From Nemertoderma westbladi (taxonomy: Eukaryota > Animalia > Xenacoelomorpha): DNA of 64,000 nt. Position 1 is the stretch's first letter. Every line of letters starts with the position of its first letter. The position numbers and the translations under genes are program-made. Shown piece by piece: positions 12,201-23,232 of this stretch. Location: assembly GCA_032718475.1 (NCBI GenBank), contig JAUCBJ010001771.1:1-64000 (forward strand), in the 5' to 3' direction. Under the pieces are notes generated by a model. It saw only the letters and a program-made list of their open reading frames with translations, made no database searches and was not told the origin of the DNA.

Positions 12201-13937
12201 AATAAGTCTGTTGTGGAAATCAGAGAGAGAGATTGGAAATCTGGAACACCAGACGTCTCGCAAGGACTCTCACCTCTCCTGCAGAGAGCGATACATCACT
12301 ATAGTTCCTGGAATCGGCTCTGTAAGGCCGTTACATATTTAAAGCGATGTTTTCATCATCACTACGCCAGGACAAAGACCGCTAGTGATACCGCTCCACT
12401 GACATCTGCTCGGGTCCATGTTGTTAAAGATCTTCCCAAATACAAGACATCGGACAGATTTCTGAAGGAGAGAATCAGTTACCAGGAGCATGAAGAAACA
12501 AATAAGCAGATACTGAGACTCCTGCAATGCTATGAGGATTCCGATAAGTATTTCCTGTTGTTAAGAAATCCACAGATGCGCTTAAGGGATCGTTTCTCTA
12601 GCACAATGATAGATGGGTTAATATGCATTGGAGGAAGACTAACTAATGCTCCATTATCCTTTGACACTAAGTTTCCCATACTCATTAGAAATCTTGAAAT
12701 ACAAATCAAGATGATTGTAGATGTTCACAGTAAGCTTTATCATGCTGGTAGAGAACGAGTTCTTAGCGAAATTCGAACTCGCTATTATTTTCATAAACAC
12801 CGTAGAGCTCTGAACCAAGTTCTTAGGAACTGCATACCCTGTAGGAAAGCATTCAGTAGGCCTTTAACACAGCGAGAGGCAGAATTACCTAGGGAACGAG
12901 TAAGCTTCTATGAACCACCCTTCACAAATACCGGTGTGGATTTATTTGGCCCTATTGAAGTATATCGTGCTAGGACTATAGTCAAGAGATGGTGTGTCAT
13001 CTTTGTCTGTATGACTTGTAGAGTTATCCATCTCGATATGGTGAACGATTTATCTACCAATAGCTTCATATTGAGCTTACGCCGACAGATCGCTCGCTTT
13101 GGAACTAGTAACACGATGAGATCTGATAAGGGAACGAACTTCATTGGTGCCAACAATGAAATCAAGGCTTACGTCAAAGACTGGAACCAAAGACAGGTGG
13201 ACGATCAGCTAAGGGTAACAGCGTCTAGCTGGACCTTCAACGCTGCCGATGCCCCTTGGTGGGGAGGAAGTTGGGAGAGATTAATCAGGAGCTTTATATT
13301 ATAATTTCACTTTATAGTGCCGTGCCGCGCGTATCTCACCGACGAACTTTTGCGGACGTTAATGGAGGAAATCGCCGCTTATCTCAACGAGAGACCGCTT
13401 ATGCCAGTCTCATAGAGTCCGAATTCCCTGGAAGCGCTAACACCCGCGCACTTCCTACTGAAGAAACCTGTAGCCATGCTCCCACGATCGGAAATCATGG
13501 ACGGAGACGAATACTGCCGGCAAACTTGGCAACTTATGCAGTTGTTATCCCATCGTTTCGCTGACCATTTCGAAAAACATTATCTGCCGACGCTACAACT
13601 TCGAACCAAGTGGTTTGCGCAACAAGAAAACGTCAGCGCCGGAGACATGGTCCTTATTGTGGAGTGAGATCTTCCAAGTAAGCGGTGGCAGACAGGTCAT
13701 ATCATCGAGACTCATATCTCAGATGATGGTTTGGTGCGATCGGTAGAACTCGTCGTCATGCGACGTAACTTTAAGAAACCAGGAATTGTCTTCGAGACGC
13801 AGCAGCTCAATCGTCCAGTTGGTCGTTTATGTTTACTGGAAAGAGACAGAGAACTCTCCGGAAACTATGGAAGGCAAGATACTCTTCCCACGACCACCTC
13901 CCTAATCCAACCAACATCCAGGGACTCCCCAACGTGA
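6220..13937 (+). pseudogene. E1 gag-pol polyprotein, disrupted by stops, frameshifts and an RT-core deletion
   Basis: Gag core KFNGDEMKWLPF (DUF1759-like). Knuckles CVLCDGPHRLCVC, CYNCLRQGHQRRTC, CAKCGAKHHILLH. Protease ALLDFGSTG (DSG in E2). RT VRVVFDGS...YMDD, lacking the segment between GPNLL and YMDD. RNase H LHVFGDAS...PRAELKAA...YWTD. Integrase H..H..CIPC, GVDLFGP, SDKGTNF, WERLIRS. C-terminal YLPTLQLRTKW (DUF5641-like). Confidence 0.93.
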
Positions 13938-15441
13938 CAACGTCTGGAGTGGGTGTGTGACTATATTATTTCATATATTTTTATTATTTTTATATTTATG
14001 TATGTATTATTATGTAATTTTATTATAATCGTTTTCTTTAATTTTATTTAGTAGAATGTTATTTTAGCGATTATCTAGTAGATTAGTGCAATATATATTA
14101 GTCTTATTACTTAATTACTTATATAATATATATTTAGTGCGACGGCGAGAAATAACTCTTTTTCTCTTTCCTTACTGTCCGTATCATATTATAAATACGT
14201 GACTACAGTAAGATGAAATGTCCGTACTTATTAAAGTACAATAAAGCTCCTACTATATTCAAGTATTATTGGTAAGTAGAGTATTAGGAATGCAAAATTC
14301 AGATCCTCGTGTCTTGGCTAAACCAAGCTCTGGGTAGACCTTGGAAACGACTTGCCTCTTCTCACTGACATTGCTTCTTGCAATATTGCTCTCATACCGT
14401 ATATTAAATAATACATATAGTAGCGTGATGTCCCTTTAACAGTAGCGTAAAACGCAAAATAAATCTGTTAAACCCTTTGACCATCTGTAATTCTAGTCGA
14501 TTAAGATATCGCGGCACCCACCGATATACTTGAAAGACAAAATTATAGAATCAGTGGTTAACGTCCCCAGGCATGTTCTGGAATAAACCGGTGCCCATCT
14601 TAAATATTAACTATTAATATTTATAAAATCTGTCAAATAAATACAATAGAGTAACTACTTACAAGTTAACTCTAGAAAATCTATAAATTAAAATCTGTAA
14701 AATTTTAGATCCTTTAAAATTCTAGTCTATTAAGATATCGTAGCACTTACTGATACTCTTAAAAAGACAAATTTCCTAGAATCAAGGATCCCAGTCCCCA
14801 GACATGTTCTGGAATAAAATTGTGTCTATTTTAATATTAAATAATAAAATTTACGGGAATAAATTTAAATTCATCTCTTTTAATGAATTTGATAAATTGT
14901 CATTTTTATACAATTTATAACATTCCCAAAATTCCATTAATTAATAGATCCTGGGAGCGGAGATTCACCCTATTAAGTGTATTAGTGTGCGAGAATCTCC
15001 AATATATAGTCAATAGCCGATAAAATTCATAAAATCATGTATAAAGGGGAATATTGACAATTAAAGAATTACTATTAAATAGCATCCCAGATCTGTATGC
15101 ATGAGAATTACCCTAATTCTACTACTAGCTTTCCATAATGCCACCATGGCAACAACCATGCTAGAATTAGAAGCGAGTTAAAAGAACAATAGAAAGCTTG
15201 CCCCATTGAATAGCATAGGGAATAAATAGCACTGCTAGTATCCAAGGATACATAATAATAACGTGGCATTCTGGAAGGCACTTGACTAACGGACAAATGG
15301 CCCGAATGTGTACAATTTGTGACAGTTGTGTGGAATTTGTGCGTTTATAGGTGAATGTTACTACTAAAGTGTGTTTACAGTAGCGAGTCGCAATTGTGAA
15401 AGTAGCCCTACCTCTGCAGTAAGAACCTGAAGTAAATCTTA

Positions 15442-15598
15442 GCCCTTGGGACGGACGGTGGAGTGACTCGCGCTGGTTATCGTTGTTGTTGTGTAGCTAC
15501 TACGTTGGCGAAAAACACAGCAACAACGGTACATCGGCGCTAAGGATCTTGCGCTGTCCGGGGGCCGTGAGGGGTAGGCAGCGACGCCCGCTAGCCTA
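15442..15598 (+). other. Conserved structured RNA element (long stem-loop plus second hairpin) upstream of E1 accessory ORF-A
   Basis: Nested helices GGACGGTG/CGCTGTCC, GCGCTGGT/ATCGGCGC and the 17-bp TATCGTTGTTGTTGTGT/ACACAGCAACAACGGTA, then a TAGGC-AGCG/CGCT-GCCTA hairpin. Pairing is largely preserved by substitutions in E2. Confidence 0.7.
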
Positions 15599-15640
15599 AT
15601 TATAAACTCATTATAATATTGATAAACTCATATAGCAGCT

Positions 15641-16018
15641 ATGACTGATTTGATAGAAGATGATCTTGGTATCAGGGAGCGATATACTCTACCTTTACAA
15701 GCGTTTGTTGATAGCTTGATACGCGGCGACGCTAGTCCAACTACTACGGAGGACGATGGTCGTTATATCGAACCGCTGATGTCCCAGGAGCAACTTAAGC
15801 GTGAATTGGACTATAGAAAATTAACCGCTCGCTATACGCATCGCAATGGTACGTATATGGACTTCTTAACTACTGGCCATCCTATCGACTTACACGATAC
15901 GGACGATGTAGACACCGAATGGGAAATGGTTTTATTTAAATATCATACCCAGCGGAGTCGGAACAATAAATCGAGAATAGAACACGATAATTCTATTCGA
16001 AACCGACTCGAAAGATAG
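15641..16018 (+). CDS. E1 accessory ORF-A, 125-aa protein of unknown function
   Basis: Intact ATG ORF inside the element. By manual count 111/125 residues are identical to the E2 copy (48861-49259), with visible synonymous changes. Confidence 0.75.
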   Translation: MTDLIEDDLGIRERYTLPLQAFVDSLIRGDASPTTTEDDGRYIEPLMSQEQLKRELDYRKLTARYTHRNGTYMDFLTTGHPIDLHDTDDVDTEWEMVLFKYHTQRSRNNKSRIEHDNSIRNRLER

Positions 16019-17026
16019 AATGTGGAAGAAGGCTTGTAAAGACAAGTGGAGGAGAACTACTAGAGAAAAGGCATACGTTAATGTCCAGGGTCCATGATGT
16101 GAATAGTTTTCCCCAGGGCACGGGTGCTCGCGGGCGGTCTCCTTCGGGAGGCTGTAATTTTCTCTTACTTCATGGTGTTCCTGTAATTATTGTGATCAGT
16201 GTCGCAATCAAAGAGCAAGAATGAATGATGACGTAACGGAAAACATGTCCATCGTGGTATCTTATAGATACTACCATATATCCTTCCTCCTCCTTACTAC
16301 TATTATCCCTCTATACATCGCTATTGAAGATACAACATACTTCGTCCCACCTTCTCTTCCCAACGTGCTTGGAGCTTTGGGAAACGATCGACCAATCATT
16401 GCCGTATTGTGGTATTAATCGTACCACCTCTTACTAAACCTCCCATCCCTTACTATTAATCTGGATGCTTATATTGGTGTCCGCACCTCCTGTCCATGTA
16501 CCATTCTGTTAGTATTTACAATATCAACTTCCATCCCTATTGTCGTCGATTAGATAATCAACCACCAATAATTTCCTTAAGTCCACGACCGTGATACAAG
16601 GACTGAAAGGACACGCAGATAGTCTGTGAACAACTGGTACCATTATGTGTCATAAATCTGGTTGTTCACCTCCCTTAATAATTGGGGATAAATTCATTTG
16701 GAGATAGTACTCGAATGATACATTCCCCTACTGAGATCGTATTTCTGAATATTTCAGAATGCGACATAGGTTTTCCCCTGCTCTCTACCATCAATGGCGG
16801 AAAACATATTAGGCATACAACAGGAACATGGAGAACATTCCATATCCTTTCGTAGATACTCAGCTGATTGCTCCCTGGGCAGAAGGCCGAGGTTTCTTCC
16901 GCACTATGTATGCCAATACACCCAGCGGTATCACTAAAGTACAACGAACCTCCATCGGACATCTTGCCTTTCAAGAATACGGATGGAATTTCAAGGTTGG
17001 AAATCCTATTAACTATCAACAAGTAT

Positions 17027-17875
17027 ATGGAGATCTATTGTGCGTATTGCAGACTCAATAACTTGCATATTTTCGCAGTCTGCCCCCAATTTATGACTCA
17101 ATGCCATCATTGTCAACTTAAAGGACATGCCAGTTTTGATTGCCCTTTTAACCGCGATCTGGAAAGCGTAGATGAAATGATTACCCTGCGCTACATCCGA
17201 GCTTGGGAAGCGAATGCGGATTTACATTGTGAGTCACGCCATCGCTATTAACCTGGACGCGCCTACGAAGGAGTTTATGCGTTCCATCCTTATCTATTCG
17301 CGTCTGTTGAACAAAAATCACGCACACCGAGTTACGAACTAATGAAGCGTGTTGGTGAGTGTATTTCAACCAAATTTGTTCGTAAATATCTCAGGAACAT
17401 TAATCCTAACGATATTAATTCCTATAACTTGATCAACTTCATCCGCCAAGACCCGGAGTATGGCGATGTATTCATCAACTCGCATCCAGAGTTACAGGAA
17501 GTGCATCGACGGCCCTACGAATATCGAGCCCAAGAACGCGGGTTGGAAAGAACCATTAAACCGAGGAAGTTTCTCACCACTCACGGTCCACCTACCGCTA
17601 TCGTTCAGATGACTCGTCAGGGACCAGTAGGAGCTGCTGTCCTAAAACGCGCTCTAAAAGCCGTTAGACCTCGCTCCACTGAGGTTGATATCGATCAACC
17701 AGGTACCTCGACCGGCGGATACACCGACCGTAATCCTAAACCTTCCGATGCAATTGTATTGCACCCTTCACCCAGGAGTTATAGCCCTCCTAGTAAAGTG
17801 GCTTGCCCCAAAGAGAAAAGGACTCTTGCTAGCCTCAAAAAACTGCGTAAACGCCGTCCGCGCAAGAAAGACTAA
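17027..17875 (+). pseudogene. E1 accessory ORF-B, ~282 aa with two CCHC-type motifs and a basic C-terminus; one premature stop at 17249-17251
   Basis: Track ORFs 16868-17251 and 17342-17875 are in the same frame, and the intervening TAA is TAT (Tyr) in E2. Motifs CAYCRLNNLHIFAVC and CHHCQLKGHASFDC. Ends KKLRKRRPRKKD. Confidence 0.8.
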
Positions 17876-17952
17876 CTGTTTAGAGTATTTTTATATTTTA
17901 GAAACTGTTTTTTTTATATTTTATAGAATTAAATCCCATTTTCTGGGAGCAG

Positions 17953-18885
17953 TGTAAAGGCTTTTGCGGATCTAGCTCGTCATTTTCCCCGCAAAGTAGT
18001 CTGTAGGTGTTTTAGCAGACATAAAAAGCCGTTTTCTTACTGTGTAGGTGTTTTAGTGGACATAAAAAGCCATTTTTCTGTATGTGTACTTTAGCGGACA
18101 TAACAAGCCATTTTATGCCGCAATGCGCCAAAATACTCTTAATACAGTGTAGTTCAGATGACGACATCTATCAGCTGATATGTCGATGTGGAGCTTTTTG
18201 GCTTTCTTTGTTCGGCTCACTCGACCAATCAGAGCGATTTTCATTTTATCTTGCATAGAAGCCTACGGAAGATCGCGCAATGCATTATGGTCTTTGTTTA
18301 CCTTTTTTCCTGAGCCCAGAACATCGGCTTTGGAATTATTCTGTGTTTCAGACTTTAGCAAAACATTAGAACGGCTTTGATTATAGAAACGTATAACTGT
18401 TATCTACCACCTATCATATCATAACTATACGTACCTTTCACCTTGGAGAATATCGATAAATAACCATAAAACCCCAATCTTCTTGATATACTGAAGGTTA
18501 GAGACCGGTTACATATAGCAATTGCGACTTACATTATAGTGGTTTTGGAGTGAATTGAATGCTATTTCATAGACCCTACATGTGTCAGTTGCTGTTCTCC
18601 TTATATATGATCAAATTTAGTGAAGGTCGGCAGATCAGTGTGCAGCAGTGTGCGGTAGTGTGCATGAATGTGATAGATAACAAAGCATTTCCTAAAGAAT
18701 GCGCTTTATACGAAAATCATTAGCCATCCCGTTGCGTTTAGTGTAAGTCATAACTCTGTTTACATACTTAGAGCGCCACGTCCTAAAGGAACTGTTAATA
18801 TTTCCCGAAAGTGAATAATATTTGTCAGAGATTATATATTAACGATCAATCGAATAGTACAGTAAGTCTACACCGCAATAAGGTC
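17953..18885 (+). repeat. E1 3' LTR, truncated
   Basis: Copy of 3613-4611 with about ten substitutions, two 1-nt deletions and a 64-nt deletion (equivalent to 4105-4168). The last ~174 nt are missing. Confidence 0.92.
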
Positions 18886-19028
18886 TCAGCTGATCAGATA
18901 TCTGCTTAATGCATGCAGTATTGCATGCAACAGTGTATCATTTGCATAGAGGTATACAGGTATAACCTACATCTGTTCAAGATAAATAAACACACATAAA
19001 CTGATAAATACTTATATAAACTTTATAC

Positions 19029-19921
19029 AACTAGAAAGCCAGCAAGCTGGCTTTAAACGAACCTGCCCCTCAAACCAGTACCCTGAGTGAGCGAAAATGA
19101 AGATACGAAAATTGCCATCAATCAACGATAGAAACACCAGCTGCTGGTACTCATGAGGGCCTAGTAAGCTACTACTATTTATTGAATGGATAGCCCAAAC
19201 TGCAGAGAAGTATATTACTTACTAAATTTATTACTATCTCACTCTATCCCAGACAGTAATCCAATATCAACTGTTAGTTTGTATAATGTATTATTACCCC
19301 GCCTGCTGAATAGCTCTTCCCAGTGAATCATGGGATGGGAGATGGGACTATCATTGTAAGCACTAGGCCGTTCAAATGTTTTATAGGTTGATGATAATGA
19401 ATGAGGAGGGACCCAACTAACACTACGTTTGTCTATGGACGCTCTACTTATAGCCAGCTTGCTGGCTTTTCTAGTTGAATCATATTATTCTGCAACCAAT
19501 AATTCACTCTTTTAGACGAATTAGTACGATTTTTGCTGGAATAACAAATTTTGGCGACGTTCTGTGTGAGATTGGCGATATTTGAAAAGATTCTGAGGCT
19601 CACATATGTTGCTCAGATGACTGAATATCTCAAATAAAAAAGTTGGTGCAAACTCGACGATTTGAAATCGGTGAAATTCGACTTTAAATTTTCAAAACCC
19701 CTATTTTTCAGTGACCCCGTGATCGAAACGCCACAAAAAATATAGTCTTGTGCGCAACCAAAATTTATGTAGAGTTTGTTATTAAAATTTTTGCGTACCT
19801 GCTTTAGTTTTTGAGATATTGGATGGTTATACATACACACACACACAACCACATCGTGTTTTTGAACGGCTCAACTCTTGACAAGAACTACCCTGACCTA
19901 TTAATAGGCAGGTTCGTTATA
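19029..19921 (-). mobile_element. Non-autonomous Helentron/HINE (DINE-1-like) rolling-circle element
   Basis: Sub-terminal inverted repeats AACGAACCTGCC (19056-19067) and GGCAGGTTCGTT (19907-19918). On the - strand there is a (TG)n microsatellite near the 5' end, and a 3' hairpin AAAGCCAGC-TT-GCTGGCTTT followed by CTAGT. Confidence 0.6.
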
Positions 19922-19985
19922 ATATATACACCATGTCTGCATGTCCTGTCCATAAAATATAGTGTCATTTTCTGATGACACGGAA

Positions 19986-20804
19986 CCCCCCCCCCCCCCC
20001 CCCCCTCCCAGATTTGTTTACAAAGCTTTATCATAATGCTTGAAATTTGAAACATAACTAGTTCCACTCACCGTCGATGACCCCATGAAGCCGGAATTTT
20101 CGATTTTGCCTTTAAATTTTTTTTTATAAGAGTTTTAAAAAAGTGTCTTTTGCAAAATCGCACCCTCCGTATCGTGGCCATTCTTCACATTAGTCGTAAT
20201 GATGCGTTGCAAGGATTCCAAATATGTAACAATATCTGAATTTCGTTGAGAAACAGCTGAGATATAGGCGTTCAAAGATTGCAAGAATTATCGTTCGCTG
20301 CAGGCCATTTATTCTATCTAATAAATACACAAAATTCTAGAATGTGTCATTTATGTTATGAGTTGGTTGGCAACAGCGGTACTCCTATCCAATATATCTT
20401 TGCGTAGCTATTCAAACATAAACAAAATGTTCCAGAACATCGTTTATTTACTAAATAGAATAAATGGCCTTCAGCGAAGGATAATTATTGCAATCTACTG
20501 TATTAACGCCTATATCTAAGCTATTTCTCAACGAAATTCAGATATTGTTACATATTTCGAATCCTTGCAACGCAAGCTTTGTAATGATATGAAAATAATA
20601 CGACTAATGTGAAGAATGGCCACGATACGGAGGGTGCGATTTCGCAAAAGACACTTTTTTAAAACGCTTATAAAAAAAATTTAAAGGCAAAACCGAAAAT
20701 TCCGGCTTCATGGGGTCATCGACGGTGAGTGGAACTAGTTTTGTTTAAAAGTTTAAAATTTCAAGCAATATGATAAAGATTTTTAGAAAAATCTGGGGGG
20801 GGGG
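19986..20804. mobile_element. Foldback/palindromic MITE with ~360-bp arms
   Basis: Arms such as CTAGTTCCACTCACCGTCGATGACCCCATGAAGCCGGAA and TTCCGGCTTCATGGGGTCATCGACGGTGAGTGGAACTAG are reverse complements across nearly the whole element. Ends in polyC and polyG. Confidence 0.85.
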
Positions 20805-21743
20805 CTGCAGTTCTCCAGCCTGCATTTCTAGAATGCTGAAAACTCTGCGAAAGTAAAAACCGCTACTCCAATTATTGTACTATATGATGGGGTGCATTAT
20901 ATGTACTGTTTGGTTGTACAAGTACTGTCTGACTGTACAACAATTGGCCTACAGTATTTACAAATAGTATTGAAAAATTCGTATTTACAGATTATGGTCT
21001 CTCATGTATACAATACAGGAATACAGCTATATACTGTAGTTTACATTCAGTACTGTTTCCTACACTGTGCAGTATATGTTCGGTGGTGGTTATGTTTACT
21101 GTTCCACCACAGCCACCATCGTGATTTTGTCATGGCGGGGGATTCGTGTTATACAGTAAAACAAGGTGTAGAAAGGGCATACCCAACAGTATACTGTACT
21201 AACCGCAGTTCCATTATGGATTCCAATACGAAGCAGTGTGGATTATTCGCAGGACCAGGACTTTTCTTTATTATTGACATTTAGAATGTCAGAATTGGAA
21301 ATATATTAAAATGAGGACACAGAAATACCCCAGAACTCCCTACCAATCTGCTATAATAGCTCAATATAAATCAATAAACCGTTTTGGGGAATGAAAAGCA
21401 ATTCAGTAATACAGTAATCAAGTGTGTGATATTTTATTTGTATGGAGTATGGAGAGCGCTGGGAACTTAGTGGGGATCAGTGATGGGTGAGTATTGGTCA
21501 AGACGTACTACCTATGTATAGTAGTACGCCTTGGTAATGGTGTGCTGCTTTGATCTGTATTTTTTTACTGATTTAACAGTGTTGCAGCGTGTAAGAGAAC
21601 ACAACACCCCTAGTCATCTTAACTGTAATTTTGATTGCATTTGTCTGTTTGGCAGCTTGACAACAACGTTAACGTACAAACTTTATACTTCAAGTTTAAA
21701 CTGCCAGACTGTCTGACTGTGTGTTGTCCTGTTGTGTTACGGT

Positions 21744-23232
21744 CAAGGCCTACTAGAGAAACAGGCCTGGAATCCGAGATCAAGCCAATTCTATTGAAGG
21801 CCTAATAATCGTGTGTGTGTGTGTCCGGAGCTCTACAGCCCGCATTTCTAAACCAATCTGATCGAGTAAGGTATCAAACGAAGCGGAATTGTCATACGAA
21901 GCGGAATTGTCATACGATGCTCACTGCCCAAAAACATTTTGGTATTCTAGAACATTATTTAGCTATTAATAGCTATTATTGTAAATTGCAATTTTTCATG
22001 TGTAAACCATAGGCTATTATATAATACTACTTCTACTTGGGACTACGTTAGGAGGACAAGCTGGCCGCGCTAGCGATATTCTAGAACATAGATAAATAAA
22101 GGTAATAGGATTTATTAATAATATTAATATAATAATAATAAACTGGAATATAATTTTTTTGATGAAATGGATGAACCCACCGCAAAAATCGGTCGGTCTG
22201 CATGTTAGTAATTGATGTCCTGTTGTAATTTCACAATTAAGTAATATAATAATAATATGTACTGCTTGAGAATTACACTCAAGAGTTAAAAAAATATTAA
22301 ATATAGTTATAGTATTGGTTTATAGCATCCACTTCATTGTCGGTCAACGTGATGTCAACACACGAGGAACACTTGTGCTTCCCAAGTTCACTTGAACATT
22401 CAACCTCCAGTTCTGTGTATAGTTTCGCTCGATCAATGCAGTGGATAAAGAAAACTTCGGCTACGCTTATATGGTAATTTCCCCCAGCAGATTGGCGAAA
22501 GCGCCCAAATTAATTATAATTAATTAAAATAAATTTAAATAAATTAATTTATTAATTAAATTAATTAAATAAATTAATTTTATCGTTGGCAAGGAAACCC
22601 GACATCTCGTCAATATCCGGATTGCGTTTAGAAGAACTTGCGCGCGTCGTTGAGCGTGGAGGGGCTGGAGGCGTTGGGATGGAGAGCAGAGGAACATTTG
22701 GGAATACTGACGGCGGTTCCACCGGCACTGGGTATCTCCCGGAATGATGTTTCGTTGTCATATCTTCGGGCCAGTGCTTCCGACAAACTCCCATTAAACT
22801 CGTAACCTTGCACGGATCTACGATATTCGGAAGTTGCGCAACCACGTTTGCAATTCCACAGGATCTTTCGGAAACGCGTAGACCGTAATCGGTGAGGAAT
22901 TCTCCTCCCCGTCATCCATACCGGTCAGTTTATCCTTCGCGTTCGCATAACCAGTTCTGCAACCGCCGACGGAACACTTCCTTCCCATCGAGTTAACGGT
23001 CGTACAGTCGTATCAGGTTGTCACTTGGTAGTTTATTCGGGTAGACACTCGTGTATTCAGGTAAACACTCGAGCAGTCAGGTAGGAAGAGTAAACGATAA
23101 CATAATTCAGTGCAGTAGGTAGTTCAAGATTTGTAAACTATAGGCCTACAGTATACCGGTATCAGAATTCTAGGCCTTCAATAATGAAGGCCTGTAGGCT
23201 GGCTGCCAGGCCTGTTTCTCTAGTAGGCCTTG
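21744..23232 (-). mobile_element. Internally deleted P-element-superfamily DNA transposon (1489 bp)
   Basis: Perfect 27-bp TIR CAAGGCCTACTAGAGAAACAGGCCTGG (21744-21770 and 23206-23232). Perfect 8-bp TSD GTTACGGT. THAP-transposase remnants inside. Confidence 0.92.
22322..22988 (-). pseudogene. THAP zinc-finger / P-type transposase remnant
   Basis: MGRKCSVGGC...VYAFPKD...W, then a 1-nt frameshift, then VAQLPN...GVCRKHW: a THAP C2CH signature. After a large deletion comes FGRFRQSAGGNYHISVAEV, resembling the segment after the catalytic E of P/THAP9 transposases. Confidence 0.82.

Larger units (their letters stand above)
3613..18885 (+). mobile_element. BEL/Pao LTR retrotransposon copy E1 (~15.3 kb; decayed gag-pol plus 3' accessory ORFs)
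   Basis: Direct LTRs starting TGTAAAGGCTTTTGCGGA at 3613 and 17953. Purine tract GGGAGCAG precedes the 3' LTR. Gag with three zinc knuckles, followed by protease, RT, RNase H and integrase in BEL/Pao order. The 3' LTR is truncated, so no TSD is recoverable. Confidence 0.95.

Noticed and set aside
15641-17875. env gene
   Set aside because: No long ORF with signal peptide, fusion region and C-terminal TM anchor. ORF-A and ORF-B are hydrophilic.
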